A stretch of DNA of 64,000 nt from Patellaria atrata CBS 101060 (taxonomy: Eukaryota): NCBI GenBank assembly GCA_010093705.1, contig MU006098.1:882666-946665 (forward strand), given 5' to 3'. The translations under genes were made by a program, and so were the position numbers. A model generated the notes under the pieces. It did not search any database. It saw only the letters and a program-made list of their open reading frames with translations, and was not told the origin of the DNA. Below, piece by piece: positions 1 through 13,329 of this stretch. Position 1 is the first letter of the stretch. Every line of letters begins with the position of its first letter.

Positions 1-386
1 AAAGCCACCTGCAAGCCAGCCAAGTTCACTTCATAAATAGTGACCATGGCCCATGGGACGGGGTGACGTGAACCATCAAAACTCCAAACCCTCGGTTGAT
101 GCTTTATTGCAAGTGGATGTGTATGAGGTGAGATGAGCAGACAAACAATGTCAATAATAACTATAATACTGCCTCTTCGAATCGAAACCCGCTCAATGCA
201 CCTTATGCTTTTTCATCAACCGAAATTATTATGAACACCCCCTCTCGCCAATAAATGCCATAAGGTACCCAATAAAATGATTTGATATCTCAATTGTACC
301 TCTCCAGTGCCCGCTAAAAGTACACAATTCGTCAAAAGTAGGTTGAATAGAAAAACACGCAGTTGGGATTTAAGAACTGTGTCCTT

Positions 387-1925
387 TTATCTATTTTCGT
401 ACGAAAACTGCGTCGGAAAATGCATGCTTGCCGATAACCCGAATGGATCTGCGTCTAGCATGGGATCGTAAGGGTCGAAAAGCTGATTTATAGCCCCGAA
501 CGGGCCGGTGCTCCCGTCTTGCGTTGGGGGGATAGCAGGCGATTGCTGCTGCTGCTGCTGCTGCTGTTGTTGTTGTTGTTGTTGTTGTTGTTGTCGGTGG
601 TGATAATGAGGTTGACCCGGTGGGGCCATCGGTGGATGCATGCCTTGCGAAGACATGTGCGGGGGGAACGCTTGCGGGAAGGGACCGGGCCCTGCGGAGG
701 ACGGTTCGGCGGATTCGGATTCGTCGAGCATGTCGACTTGCGCATCGTACTCCTGTTCTGTACTCACGGAATCAATCTAGGACCTAACAAAGCTCTATGC
801 CTAAGCAGGGGGAGGAGGGGGCGGGTCAGCTTGCCGAGTTGATCTATATGATTCTGGAAGGGTGACGGGTAGTAGGTCGAAGGACCACCGCTGATACTAC
901 TGGTCATGCCACTTCCTGCTCCACTAGCTACAGTCGAAGCGCTAGCACTCGAATTCGTGTGTTGGGTAAGAAGGGATGGGCGTTGAGGGGCTGCATGTAT
1001 CGGGTTATATCTAGGCTGCTGCGGACGCAACTGTTGATGGTGCTGAGTCAAAGGACCGGTGTTTGGCGATTGTAGCCCACCTTGAGGAACAAAGTTTGGA
1101 GACTTCGTTGCTGTAGTGGAAGGCGACGATAAGTGAGATGCAGGCGTAGGCTGTGAATGCGGAGATCGCGCTGGGAGTAAGATATCGGTTTGAACATTAG
1201 GCAAACCATGAATACCTTCTGGTTTAGGCTGCATGCCGCCAGATGATAGTCGTGCTTGATGTCGGTTCATCATGGCACGTTGAATAGGTTGCTGAGCCGG
1301 AGATGCCGTCACTGCTGGGGGCATACGAGTGGGTCCTAGATTGGGACTTCCAGTCTTTGCGCGAAGCTCAGCCTGGACATCAATTCCTGCGAAGAGTATC
1401 AGAAGAGAGGTCGACAAAGGGTATGGTCATTACAGATAATAAGACAATTGCTAACCCTTCTCAAGTAAGATTCTCTCCAACAGTGAATTCTTATATCTCA
1501 GCATCAAGCACTCATCAGCGGCACTACGATGGCTTGCCTGAAGGTTCTGCAAATTCTCCTCATGGCGTTTGATCGTACTCTCCAATTGCTTGATATACTC
1601 GGTTCGCCTCTCTCTGAAAGCTGCTTGAGCTTGCCTATTACGCTGTTTGCGCTCTTCAGAAGTAGCATATATCTGCGAACGTTTGGTCAGATTCTTGCGC
1701 GACATTATGGATCGAGCAAAAAGAAGGATGACGGGGTTTGATTGAGTCAAAAGAATTGCTCACAGGTTTACGTCCGCCCTTTCGCTTCTGGGTTTGCGGG
1801 TTTTCCTGTGGGAAAGATTCGGCATCAGGCTCAGGACTGGAGGCGATAGAGCTGGTCGAGCCATTACCAGTATCCTCCATCTTTCCCACGGAGGTCATTT
1901 CAACATTATTATTGTTATCTCCCAT
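387..1925 (-). CDS. bZIP transcription factor (possibly Ada-1/Zif1-like), 4 exons: 1925-1764, 1672-1456, 1386-835, 757-387
   Basis: Spliced product gives KRKGGRKP|IYATSEERKQRNRQAQAAFRERRTEYIKQLE...LLERILLEKG, a basic region plus leucine zipper. A P/Q/S-rich tail follows, ending DPMLDADPFGLSASMHFPTQFSYENR. Introns 1-2 are GT-AG; intron 3 is GC-AG. Confidence 0.9.
543..593 (-). repeat. (CAA)n(CAG)n coding microsatellite, poly-Q17
   Basis: Directly visible trinucleotide run in the last bZIP exon. Confidence 0.95.
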
Positions 1926-2986
1926 TGCTGCAGGTACCCCTCTGTGCCCCTCTATCAGAGGACACAGAAAGTTCGCCAAGGTAGGACACGATAGTCGATA
2001 GACGCGCCCCGAGCCCCCGACTCAGCGGTTGAGCAATCAGATGGGAGGCAGCAAGCGCGGTTGAATGGATCAAACCGAAGTGCCGGGACAGCAGAAGGGG
2101 TTTCTGACAGTAAAGGTTTGTAGGGCCTGTTAGATAATCTTGATAATCGGCTTGATAAAGGTGCAGTTGGAAGTTTTGGAATTGCTGATGGAGTGAGGTA
2201 AGCTGTTGGCTAATGGAAACTTGAAAGTAGCAGAGGTAAACGCGGGTAGTAGGACGGAAAAGGATAATGTAAGAGCGGATTTGACCAAGGGATTAGGTAT
2301 AACGTTTGTTCATTTGGCATGTCAGAGATTTCTTAGTTTGCACTTTTTTCGGTACCGTGATACAGTCAGGTATGTTTGTACGGAGAACTGATGATATGTA
2401 TCGACAAAATTGACGGGACTTTTTTTCTTTCTCTTTTCTGCTGCTGCTCTGTGCTGGCAAACTAAAGGCTGGTCTTTGCTCCTTCTTCAATTCTTCCCAA
2501 GAAGAACGATGATGCACGCATGCTTCAAGCAGACTTTCCTTCTTCCAGCCTTGACACAGCGGGGGAGACGGGTAGGTCGAAGAAATGACTTGGTTTGCGA
2601 CGAATGACATTGGTGTGGAGCCAAGGGCTTTTCACAGTTCTTCCCTCATTGCCCTACCTGTACAGCACGTATGGCCAACGGTTCTCCGCTCCGTCATTCT
2701 TTTTCGCGCTCTGGCTTGCACCGATGGAAAGTTAGTGGAGGAGAAAGGCGACATACAGTTGGACAAGGGGGAGTAAGAGGATGGAGCGGAAGTAGGCAAA
2801 GACCGCAAAGTAACAACGCCAACGCCCCCAGACAGTCGCCGATGCTGCTCACTGGATAAAGTTGCTGGAAGAGGTTAGCATCTGTTCCTCTCACAAAATG
2901 CTTCTCCTCGGAAGCTCTTTTTACAAGTTACCAGTCTTCCAGGTCTCCCCAACACGCCTGTGAAGAATAGTGGGCGCCTGAAGGGC

Positions 2987-3038
2987 CTCGAAGCGGGCTC
3001 TCGAAGCGGGCTCTCGAAGCAGGCCCTCGAAGCGGGGG
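2987..3038. repeat. 13-bp tandem repeat x4 (CTCGAAGCGGGCT-like), intergenic
   Basis: CTCGAAGC starts at 2987, 3000, 3013 and 3026, an exact 13-nt period. Confidence 0.9.
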
Positions 3039-4383
3039 CCTGCGCTCGTGGGTGCTTTCGACCTTGCATGCCCTTGGTCTCGGTGCTTCTGAAATGCCTT
3101 GAACCTAAATCACCACACGATCACCTGGGAGAGACCTCTCAGATACAAAACACGATTAAAGACTCCCGTCAGATTATTGCGTATCATCGTCACCGAGAAT
3201 CACTACCTTAATGCGAACCCTTACGGATGATCGCCCTCTTAGATCCTACCTTATGCGCGGGTCGATGCAACATGTCCCGATGAAGTAAATGATGAACCTC
3301 AAGGAACGCTTCTCAGCCCTTGTAATGAGGTCGTGACAACGAAAAGAGCAATTTTCCAACGTCCAGATCGTCTGCCTTATCCAGGCGAACAGAGATGGAC
3401 AGTGCGAGCCCTAGAGATGGGATGCATGCCCAAAGCGATTGACGATTCTTCCATGTCATGGCTATGGAAGAACCTCCGACCTCGCTCAACTGTAAGTCAG
3501 GACGAGGATTCGCTCTCAAGGGTGCGTATGCCTTGCGACCGTCTTGCATATTGGGGTCTGGAGAGGACGGATCGTACAATACACTTGGTACTTTGTTCAC
3601 CTCACAGATAATAAGGTAGGGGAACAATTCTAGAGCGTTTCACTCAATCTTCGATTTGATTAAGGATCCCATCCATACAGAGTGTAGAAAAAAGATGTCG
3701 AAAATCGAAGAGAAATTTCTAATGTGAGCATTCATAATTAAATCTAACTTGGTGTTTCTATTCTTTCGTTTCTACGTGTCACCTCATTATTGTTTCTCGC
3801 ATTTTCTCGATATTCCCGTACCAGTTATTTCTTTTTTTAAAAGAAAGAATTAAGTGGTCCAAGGTATGGTTCCACCGCAGTTTTATGGCCATGGAAATCA
3901 CACTTGATCCCGTCCCTTCCATCTTCCCATGTCTTCACCATAACAGAGTTCGTACCATTGGGGTAGGAGCGAAGAACAATGGATACTCTACCGAAACCAA
4001 GCTATCCATCAGATGCAATCAACCTATTACGCCTTGAAACCTCACCTCATTGGACCCTAAAGATTCTCTAGCAACCGTGACGACTCCTGAGGAGAGCAGA
4101 AATGGTATGAGACATCAAATTAAACTGATATGGACTACATGCAATCAGTAGCGCAACCTTTTGCCATCAGTTTTCATCCAATCTAACGATTACATTCCAG
4201 TGGGAATCGCTTCCTCTCGTTTCCCAGAAGCAGTCAGAACCTCCCCATAATTATATAGCAGGGCGCGGAGGTAATATTACTGGAGACCCCTAAACCGGGC
4301 TTTTTTGTTAAAGGAACTTAGGATATCCACAGCCACCGCCTGGCAAAGGTCCCCCTCACGTAGACGACTCGGTATCCAAGGAT

Positions 4384-6777
4384 ATGGACCATCCTCCTCT
4401 TGAATTCCAACCGCATTCGACACTATCTCACGTCACGGGGCTATCACGAAGCGAAGACGCGCGTCCGACAGACTCCCACCCTCCAGCGTGGTCAACTGCA
4501 GCTGTTCCGCCATGGTCTACGGCAACACGGCCGTTATCAGACATTCGCGAGATGACAGAACCAAGTTTAATCGATACAGCGAATACTAAACCGATATCTG
4601 GTCACTCCCAAATTCAAAATGACCGGAATTCACGCCACAGATCAAATTCACGAACAAGATCTGTATCTAGGAAAAGTTCACTTCGCCGGCGACTTTCAGG
4701 AAAGACAACACGGGCTACATCTCCTGGGAATAAAGTTGATGGTGAGGCCAGAGGTCGACGGTCACCGGTCTTGTCTCCGGGAAGTCAGAGAAGCCGAGCG
4801 AGTGTGTACAATATACCAGTGGGAGCTATTCCAACACGTTCAGTATCACAAGATAGGCACAGTCCGCCACTTAGAAAACAAAATCTAGTCTTGAACCTGC
4901 CACCTCCCCGGGGATTTGGTTATAGCATACCGAACCGAGGTCAGTCAAATTCCCCAGTGCGGCACATAGCGGAGCGTCTCGATCCGATTGCGTCAAACGG
5001 TCTCCGCCGAGCTCCGTCTCGAACATTTATCCGAACTGTACAACCCAACGACATACTAGACTACCCCACCCATCGCCATCCCCGAGTATCAGCCGAGCTC
5101 CACCTCAGTGCAGGTCTCTTCGTCGGTGGAGGGAGTATGGAAGGCCATGTTCGGCTTGTGATTGATGACATTGATCGATTGCGGCATAAACGAGCTCTTG
5201 CACTAGCTAGAATTTCAGTTGACCTTCTTGGGATTGAAGAACTTTCAGAATCGAAGAGGTCGATATTTCTAAACTTAGCGACGGAGCTAGTGGATTCTGA
5301 AAATCCTCCTCCACATGGCATGGTTGAATCCCTTAAGCAGATATCACCAATCGATCCATTTTGGCTTATGACGCCGTCCAGTTGTGTCTTACCTTTTCTC
5401 CTAAGCTTACCATTGGACGTTGGGCCACCTCCATTCCAATCTAAACATGCAAAGATACGGTACTCACTTTCCGTAACTCTGCTTATTCGCGAAGCTGGGC
5501 GGCAGTATCTTGTAAGGACGTCTCAAGATGTGGCGGTGCTCTCAGTATATGATCCCGAGAAGGCTTTAATGTCATTACCAAGCCCTCTGACTGCTTCGGA
5601 TGAGTGGATCAAACAACGTGATTCCTCACAGGAGACTATCAGGCTTACAGCGGGACTACATCGACAAGTATGGGTCAGCGGTACCTGTATCTTCATTGAC
5701 ATCCATATTGCAAACCACAGTCGAAAGTCAGTCAAGAAACTCGAACTGCAGCTAGAGAGGGATATTCTCACGTACAAGCATGCCGCAGCTTCGACATTGC
5801 AGAAATCTGCGAGTCAAGCACGAATATTTGACAGTAATGAACGATCAATCATCACGAGACAAGTAACGAAATCAGGTACTAATGGATGGAGTGGAGTCTC
5901 ACCTCATTCGAACGATATTCGGACGTGCGACTTGGATCTTCCTCGCGGCCATGCGACGGTCAAATGCGGCAAATACTTTGAAGTTCGTTACTTCATCAAT
6001 ATCATTGCAAGTAGTTCGCGAACGAAACTGGTGACCGTCCAACTACCTATTGTGCTGATCCATATGAATTCACTTGATGTCGTCCCAAACTCTGTCGCTC
6101 AAGTAGCCGCAGCAATCGAAGAGAAGCGTGGCGGTGAGCGGCCGTTCAGATCGTACAGTCGACATTCTGGTACCGGTTCTCCACGGGTATCGAAGAAAAC
6201 ATCAAGATCGGTGCAAGGTCGTGCGTTCGCAGCGCCTCGCATACAATCGCTAGATCGTGCTCGTTCCGTAGCCGATGATTTGAGACAAATCGGGCAAATT
6301 ATACAGCATTCACCTCGAAGATACCAACAGATCAGGCACGTTCGCCATGATTCCGAGTACAAGTATCACACTCCACCGTCCAACCGAAAGGGCAGAGTCC
6401 TCGAGGATGAGGCTGCGTCGCTCATCAAAAGACAGTTGAGACACGTTAGGAGCAATGAGACTAATAAGACAAATAAAACAGGAGTCGCCAGCATGTTGAA
6501 CAGAAGAGGTACGGCGAGCGCGCTAGGGTTTAGAGAGGCGGAAGTTGAAGAGGATATGAAACTTGCTGGTCTGCGGTCTGTGAGCGGGAATGTCACGAAC
6601 TCCAGGTCCTACACTGAGCTGCGGAAACCAAGTTCGGGAGAGTTACGGAAACCAAGTTCAGGAGAGCAGCTTAAGAAAAGAGGTTTCGATAAGTGGAAGG
6701 ACCTTACATGGTGGGAGAAGGACAAAGGAGGAGGAGGAGGAGGAGGAGGAGGAGGAGGAGAAGGTAATTGGTTATGA
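4384..6777 (+). CDS. Arrestin-fold (arrestin N/C domain) protein with disordered termini, 797 aa
   Basis: Long single ORF with a central beta-rich region (LFVGGGSMEGHV, LPFLLSLPLDVGPPPF, AGLHRQVWVSG, TVKCGKYFEVRYFINI) typical of fungal arrestin-like proteins. The C-terminus has a duplicated ELRKPSSG and poly-Gly from a GGA run. Confidence 0.8.
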   Translation: MDHPPLEFQPHSTLSHVTGLSRSEDARPTDSHPPAWSTAAVPPWSTATRPLSDIREMTEPSLIDTANTKPISGHSQIQNDRNSRHRSNSRTRSVSRKSSLRRRLSGKTTRATSPGNKVDGEARGRRSPVLSPGSQRSRASVYNIPVGAIPTRSVSQDRHSPPLRKQNLVLNLPPPRGFGYSIPNRGQSNSPVRHIAERLDPIASNGLRRAPSRTFIRTVQPNDILDYPTHRHPRVSAELHLSAGLFVGGGSMEGHVRLVIDDIDRLRHKRALALARISVDLLGIEELSESKRSIFLNLATELVDSENPPPHGMVESLKQISPIDPFWLMTPSSCVLPFLLSLPLDVGPPPFQSKHAKIRYSLSVTLLIREAGRQYLVRTSQDVAVLSVYDPEKALMSLPSPLTASDEWIKQRDSSQETIRLTAGLHRQVWVSGTCIFIDIHIANHSRKSVKKLELQLERDILTYKHAAASTLQKSASQARIFDSNERSIITRQVTKSGTNGWSGVSPHSNDIRTCDLDLPRGHATVKCGKYFEVRYFINIIASSSRTKLVTVQLPIVLIHMNSLDVVPNSVAQVAAAIEEKRGGERPFRSYSRHSGTGSPRVSKKTSRSVQGRAFAAPRIQSLDRARSVADDLRQIGQIIQHSPRRYQQIRHVRHDSEYKYHTPPSNRKGRVLEDEAASLIKRQLRHVRSNETNKTNKTGVASMLNRRGTASALGFREAEVEEDMKLAGLRSVSGNVTNSRSYTELRKPSSGELRKPSSGEQLKKRGFDKWKDLTWWEKDKGGGGGGGGGGGEGNWL

Positions 6778-8609
6778 CGAACCGTAATGATTAGTGTAGG
6801 AGCTAAAGGTGGGTTCTCACTTGGATACTTGCTGTTTATTTTCTATTTTTATCATGGCATGTGACATATCTTTTGGCGTTGTTGAAGTTAGCGCTTCGAT
6901 TGGATGTCAAAGTTTGGCTTGTTATATACTCATCCATCCCATGAAAGGTTCTGCATAATCAATTATACAAATTCTTTCTCGAACCTCGAAATGTCTTATT
7001 ATTACATGCGCCACGAGTACTCTAATACCCGATTCGCAGAGGTTGTTGAAGTTTTACCCTGATCAAATCCAATTACGAAATATTTATAGTGGGAAGACTT
7101 ATACAAAGCGAGGCGAGAACTCATGATCAGAGAAGAGCATTGAACTACAAAGCTAATGTACCATACATACCAGGAGATATATACCGACTCAAAGCTCCCC
7201 GATTTCTTCGAGCGACCTGAATGACAGGATCTAAGTGCTACCGTACTTTCAGAGAGCAATGCGTAGGCAGAAGTGGTAGGTTAGCCGTTGATTCATTGGT
7301 CAACTTAGTAACATTTCTTTTGAGGCGGAAAGTTAGCTAAGACTAGTATCGAGTCTGATTAGAGTATCAGGTAAAGAGATTTGAAAGAAAGCTGATTAAG
7401 ACTAAGGACTGAAGATGGGAAGTTGGAATATAGCCTCTGTTATGTACAATCAGTCACAGCACGTACAGTGACACAAGAATGCTTGTGCTTCAACACACCC
7501 GTAGATTCCATATTCCTACTAAGGGCTTGTTGCCCTGGTCACATACTTTCTATGTTGGTCATTATCTGGATGGTACCAGCAACCATGATCTCCACTTGAG
7601 AATTTTTGACCTCCGCCGCACACGGAGCAGGGCGTTCTGTTTGACTTTGTATTTGAAGTCCTAGTTTTGTTTTTGAGCCCCAGTGCTTGAGCTTGAGCTT
7701 TTACAAACTGGTCTATGAAGGTAATCTCTTTCGTAAGCACCGTAAAGGGCTTGGGGTCAGTCGATGAGTAGGTATCCAAAATCAGGATATTTGTTGCTGG
7801 TGTGGCTTTTGCAGGACCGGACACAGGCGTCGCACGTAAATACCATTCAGAACCCAATTGGGTAAAGCATAGCCAGGGTCGACTACGCAGAGCTCTTCCC
7901 GAAGACTGGACAGTACCTTTCCAAAATTATCTGCACTGCCGTAGACTTATTGATTCAAGCCTTGTAGCTTTAAAATGATGCTGAAGATGACCCAGCATCA
8001 ATTTGTAGAGGGTCTACTGTCAATTTTGCTGGCCTCCATGGCCTCCAATAGACTTAGATCAGTGATCTAAAGCAGAAACTGTAATGGTTGTGGGAAGATA
8101 CGGTAGGTCAGAAAAAAGACTTTACGCGGGACGTCCACCAGGTAGAGCAAGGGCTCCTTAGGTCGGTATTATGTTCCTAGCTCTTTCTTCTAGACTTATA
8201 TTCAATCGAGTTCTTATAGGTAACGAGAAGGTTGAGGTATTGAATATGCTTTCGAAAGGAAATAGAAAATACAATAGGACAGGAACAACCCCCTGAAACT
8301 ACGTTTGCATAGTTTGTTACCATTTAGAACTAAGGAGTGACTGACGCACGTGGCTGGTGCGTTCCAGCATGTCCAGTTAGGTTCCAGCTCCCTAGTCACT
8401 TCGGTCGACCTCATCACCAAACAAAACATACGTACAGTATATACAGGCAGCATCTGCCACAGCACGCACCGCTACTTCGAGACCTCGAGATTACCGCACA
8501 TCCTAATTCAATATATAATATCGAGCAGAGAGCACTTGGTTAGAACGTAGGTCAACGAGGGCTTCCGTTCCCAACCTACTACATACGAACGATCATAAGA
8601 CTGTCAATC

Positions 8610-9762
8610 ATGTCGCCTAACCTTAGTATATCTATTCCCACAACAACTACCAAGGCTCCCGCGGGATCCAAAGCGTATACTGCATATACAGTTCAACTCG
8701 TTACTCCTCTTCGCACGACTACACTACAGAAGCGGTACTCCGACTTTGTGAACCTAAACTCCGCTCTAGCATCAGAAACTGGGTCCTCACCGCCAACACA
8801 GTTACCGTCCAAAACATGGTCAATATTACCCTTCGCCAGTGGAGGTACAGTAGGCAACCCAGAGAAGGTTGAAGAGCGGAGAGAAGGACTAGAGAAGTAT
8901 CTTAGGGGCATCCTCACAGCTGGTGATAAAAAGTGGAGGAACTCTCTGGCATGGCGCCAGTTTCTCGGTGTAGATGATCCCTTATCTAGCGCAGCCGCAG
9001 GAGCAGCACGCGGTGCTTCTAAGGATATCTCGAGAGAATTGGATCCATCGAGTTGGCTCGATGCACATAGAGAGGTGAAAGCGGAACTACATACGGCGCG
9101 GCAGTTCTTGAACAAGCGTGAGCAGGCGACAAACCCGTCGGCTCAGCACGAAGCTAGCGCGGGGGCCAAAAAGTGTCTTGTGAAGTCTGCAACAATAATC
9201 CAAGGGATGGAACAGGCATTAAGGAAGTTTGAAAGTAAGGACTATTCTGGGGAGAAGCTTGGTGAAAGGGAAATCCGACGTCGGAAGGATTTAGTTGGCG
9301 CAGTACGGAAGGAGAGAGAAGGTCTGGATGGAATCCTTAATGCTATCGCCGTCAAGAGTGCGGTTGCTGCAGCAACGCAGCAGGTTCAAGAAAGGGAATC
9401 TGACAACACTGGCTTTTATGGAAATAGTTCGAAACGTGTGTTAGGTGGCCCTTCAGTTCCAGAAACGGAGCAGACAAGAGAACTGGACAATCAAGGTCTA
9501 TTGATGTTACAGAAAGATATCATGCAGGCACAAGATATGGATGTGGAACTATTGGGTAAGACGGTGCGAAGAATGAAGGAGTTAGGAATAGCGATCAATG
9601 AAGAATTAGCAATGCAGGCAGAGATGTTGGATCTCTTAGACGAGGATGTTGATAGGCAAGTTATTCTACTGCCTCACAATCCGATTCACATGCTAACTCG
9701 GATTTTATAGGGTTGCAACGAAGGTTGATATTGCTAAGAAGAGAATTGGAAAGATTAGATGA
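8610..9762 (+). CDS. VAM7: Vacuolar Qc-SNARE with PX domain (Vam7); exons 8610-9655, 9711-9762
   Basis: N-terminal PX motif (YTAYTV...KRYSDFVNL...LPSK...ERREGLEKYL). C-terminal SNARE motif (QDMDVELLGKTV...INEELAMQAEMLDLLDEDVDR|VATKVDIAKKRIGKIR*) with no TM anchor. The SNARE helix is completed only through a GC-AG intron at 9656-9710. Confidence 0.9.
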
Positions 9763-10578
9763 TTTCTAACGACTAGCATCCCCATGATTTGGTTATTCTG
9801 AAGCGTCTTAAGCGATTATACCTAAATATACTGATATTTCTTTCCCTGCGACGAATTTACTCCGGTACTTTACGCTTACTATACTCTTTTCCGTGGAGAC
9901 TTGAACCTAGACCTCGATAGATATTCTGAAGCATTTATTGTGAAGGCAATATACAAGCCTTTCGTCCGTTGTACAGCTATAGAGTCTAGTCCAGTACGTA
10001 CAGCACAGTCGAAGACCATTTAGAAACAAACCGACGGTAACCCTACTAGTGTGACGGCATGGGAAGGGATGGAGATGATGCACAGTAGGGTCTATTCTTT
10101 CTCTTGACATAATATCTTCATTTATTTACAAACGGCGTGATAGAAGCGTGAATGCCAAGCTAAAATGAATGAAGTCTGTATGAGAAGCACTCAAATTTCC
10201 TGCTACAGTATCCAACAGCAGTACACCCTAGGTCCTATTTTGTATTTTTGCTTCATCCCAATTACATTCACCTAGTCTAGCTACAGAACGTGGGCCGTTG
10301 TACGCCTGATGCAAAATTCACCAGTGGCTGTTCAGAAATTAGTGCACGCGTCACATTTTACAATGTCAATTTTCTTGTATTCACTCAAAGTCACCAATTC
10401 CGCCATGTGCTTTGACACTGCGTGATTCCTCAACCTAAGACCTAACTCAATCTCAATCCACGTAGAGAACACGCTCCAACAACGTCGCCTCCGCATCACA
10501 ATCCAAAATTTCTTTGTACATCCTCCGTACCATTATCACGACATTGGTATTGCGTGACGCCATAATATCAGGTCCGCA

Positions 10579-11364
10579 ATGTATCTGACCCGCAACGAAT
10601 TCATTGCTCGTAACCTCGATCACGCAAGGAAAGCCGCCAAGGAGAGAGGCGTGTTGGAGCCCTACCGCTTGATCTTTCTCAAAGGAAACATCAATGATCT
10701 CGTAAAGCTAGAGGAATTGTTGGTATGTCCAGTGTCGCGATAACCAGCATCATCATTGTAACGATCAATGACTAATGAGAAAAATAGGAGCAAGGTCGGG
10801 AATGGCTCATTGCCCAAAGTTTTAGGGATACCCTCGATGATGCAGTCCCAGATTGGTTCTGGTGCGAAAAGGACAAGGTCTGGCTGCTGATCTGGAGGTT
10901 TCCGTATGCGAGTGTAGTTGTCGATATCGATGACAAGGGTAATATCACGGATGAGTGTACAAGTAAGATACCGAACCTCCTCTCATACCATCCTCCTCAC
11001 TCGAGCTTTCACTTCATTTCAGTTATTAATCATCATTGTTCTCACAGGTATCTTCTTCCCAGAGCCCAGGCTCATCTGGGACCCAAAATTCCAAAAGCCT
11101 ATTGACCGCCAAAAGTTCCGCTCAGAGATCCTCTTGCAGAGGAAGAAGATTGAACAGGAGAACGAGACACTCAAGAATTCTTACCTTGTCGCGCGTAATG
11201 GCAAGATCTATATACGCAGGCCACGAATGGCGCCAGAGAATCAAGCTGAGTCTCCAAAACTGGGCTCCAAGGCTTGTTCATGTGGCACTGAGGTTGACAA
11301 AGACTGGGTGATGCCCAATATGCTGGAAGAAGGATGGGAGAAGGAGTGGGATATGGTGGATTAA
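10579..11364 (+). CDS. Hypothetical protein, 3 exons
   Basis: ATG at 10579 (MYLTRNEFIARNLDH...). Two canonical introns (GTATGT..ACTAAT..TAG; GTAAGA..CAG) join in frame to the 10918-11364 ORF tail. No family recognised. Confidence 0.6.
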
Positions 11365-13329
11365 AAGAGGGCATTTCCGAGTTACTTTCACTGCAATGGC
11401 CTAACCATTGTTGGACAAACCGTGGAAATTGTGGGCATTCTCCAGGATACCCGTAAGTAACGTCTGAACTCTTGGGTGGTGTTGCTGTGCACTTCCACGC
11501 AACCTTTAGGCCGCTTCCAGTAAAACGGACCTTCCCTTAGATAGAAAAAATTGCGGGGTGCTACATATGCTTGCTGCTCCATTCCATATAATTGATAACT
11601 ATTGGAAAGTATATGTGTGTGAAGTGAAGTGTAGAGTTGATGGCACCTCTCTAGGAGAAACTGGAGGAGGACAAGTATATATACCCGACTAAGTGTTTAG
11701 TCAGGTCTGATAATAACTATTCAGAATAATTGTGGCTGTTGTCCGCTCCTTTGACCCCGTTATTCCCAAGATTTCCTAGAACAGTCCTAGCTAAGCTAAA
11801 GCGATTAGTAAGCCCTGCCTTTATTTCCACTCCCCCCCTTGCGCCTTTCATTTCTCCATCTTCTCTAATCTCCTATTGCGCACGAACTCTTCGTAAGAGA
11901 TTCTTGATTTTCTAATGATGTATTTCGTGCATTCAAGGAGCAAGTGGAAGGCTCGAATTTCTTGTATCGGTTTTGGGTTCTACTTTAAATGGTTGACGGT
12001 TACGGAGTTCAAGATTTGAACGAAAAGCAAAGTTTGTAAGATGGTAAAGTATTTCTTCAACCGTTGCGGTCGATATACTTGGGCGCTATATGCTTGCTGA
12101 ACATCCACTGGCGGTCGGTTGCTGAGTATATATCTTCTCCTCTGTACGAGTAAGCTGCTCGTACAATTACTAGTTATTCATACGATTCCTCTCCCTAGTA
12201 TGTTCTGTGACTCGTTTTAGACGCGATGTACGGTAATTCGGGATGCGACGATTGGTGAACATCCATTCTATCGCTATCCTTGGGCTGACGTTGTAATTCA
12301 TCTCATTTCAGATGGGTACCCAATTCCTCAACGGAAGTTATTTGCAATACGGGCCGATGTAGTTCGCTTTCCCTTTTACGTCCGTTTCTTAGTTTAGTCT
12401 ATATCAATGAAGAAAGAGGTATTGAACTTATCACACGTCTCTATTCAGCAATTCTCTCACACTTATGTTCCTTAGATGTGGTGAACTGGTTGCGTATTCG
12501 CGCAAGAAACACGACGGATTCATTCTTGTGCATAAAACAGTTTACATGGAGGATGGAACCGCGCTCCTAGCATTTTAAACAAGGTTGTTCATATATTTTT
12601 CGGTGACGATGATGCCAGTCCCACTGGCTGTCTCTAGAACAGGACTGACTGGAAATTTACTTCCTTAAATGGGACCGGGACATTTTTGAAGGCGCAGTGT
12701 TTGCTCGTAAGACAGCTGATGCGGAAAGTCCAGACCGTAGCGCATGAGCTAGTTAAGTAGTTTCAAATACAATTACTAGATAGGGTGATAATGTGTCGAT
12801 TATCAAAGGCCAAAAATTTAGTCTCTACCACGAATACCAACGGGGTGACGCCGCCAACCGCATCCGTGTCCACTACAACCGGTTCCCCGATCACCTCGAC
12901 TTAAAGGCTGAGTCGAATAAGACGGCTTCCAAATCATGAACGACGTATGCAGAACCAAGCGTCTTAGTGATCTCTATGGTCTCTCCACGTTGTAATTTTT
13001 ACCCTGTGCTCCAGGCTATGCGGATCAATCGCTGAGGATTGCTTTGCCAGTATCCTCATGTAGAACTCTGACGCTAGTTGTACGGAGAGGGGTGGATCGC
13101 TATCTTTACGGACGCATTAGGGATTGGGAGTAGTTCTTATATACAAACTTCCAGCCTTCTCAAGGGGATGTAGAGAGAGATAGAAGCTTTTATCCTCCTG
13201 AGAAATCGATCTTCAAACTCATAATTCCAGAGCTCTTGGTTGGAAGCCGTATAGGTATCATCCCGCACCCACGTGTCTGCCGCACGTTTGCACCTTATAA
13301 GCATCACTTGCTTGAACATTCATCACCTC

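Noticed and set aside
7519..7857. 112-aa minus-strand ORF with protein-like composition
   Set aside because: Non-ATG start, and the in-frame upstream extension hits a stop with no ATG. I could not build a convincing spliced model or recognise a family; it may be a relic.
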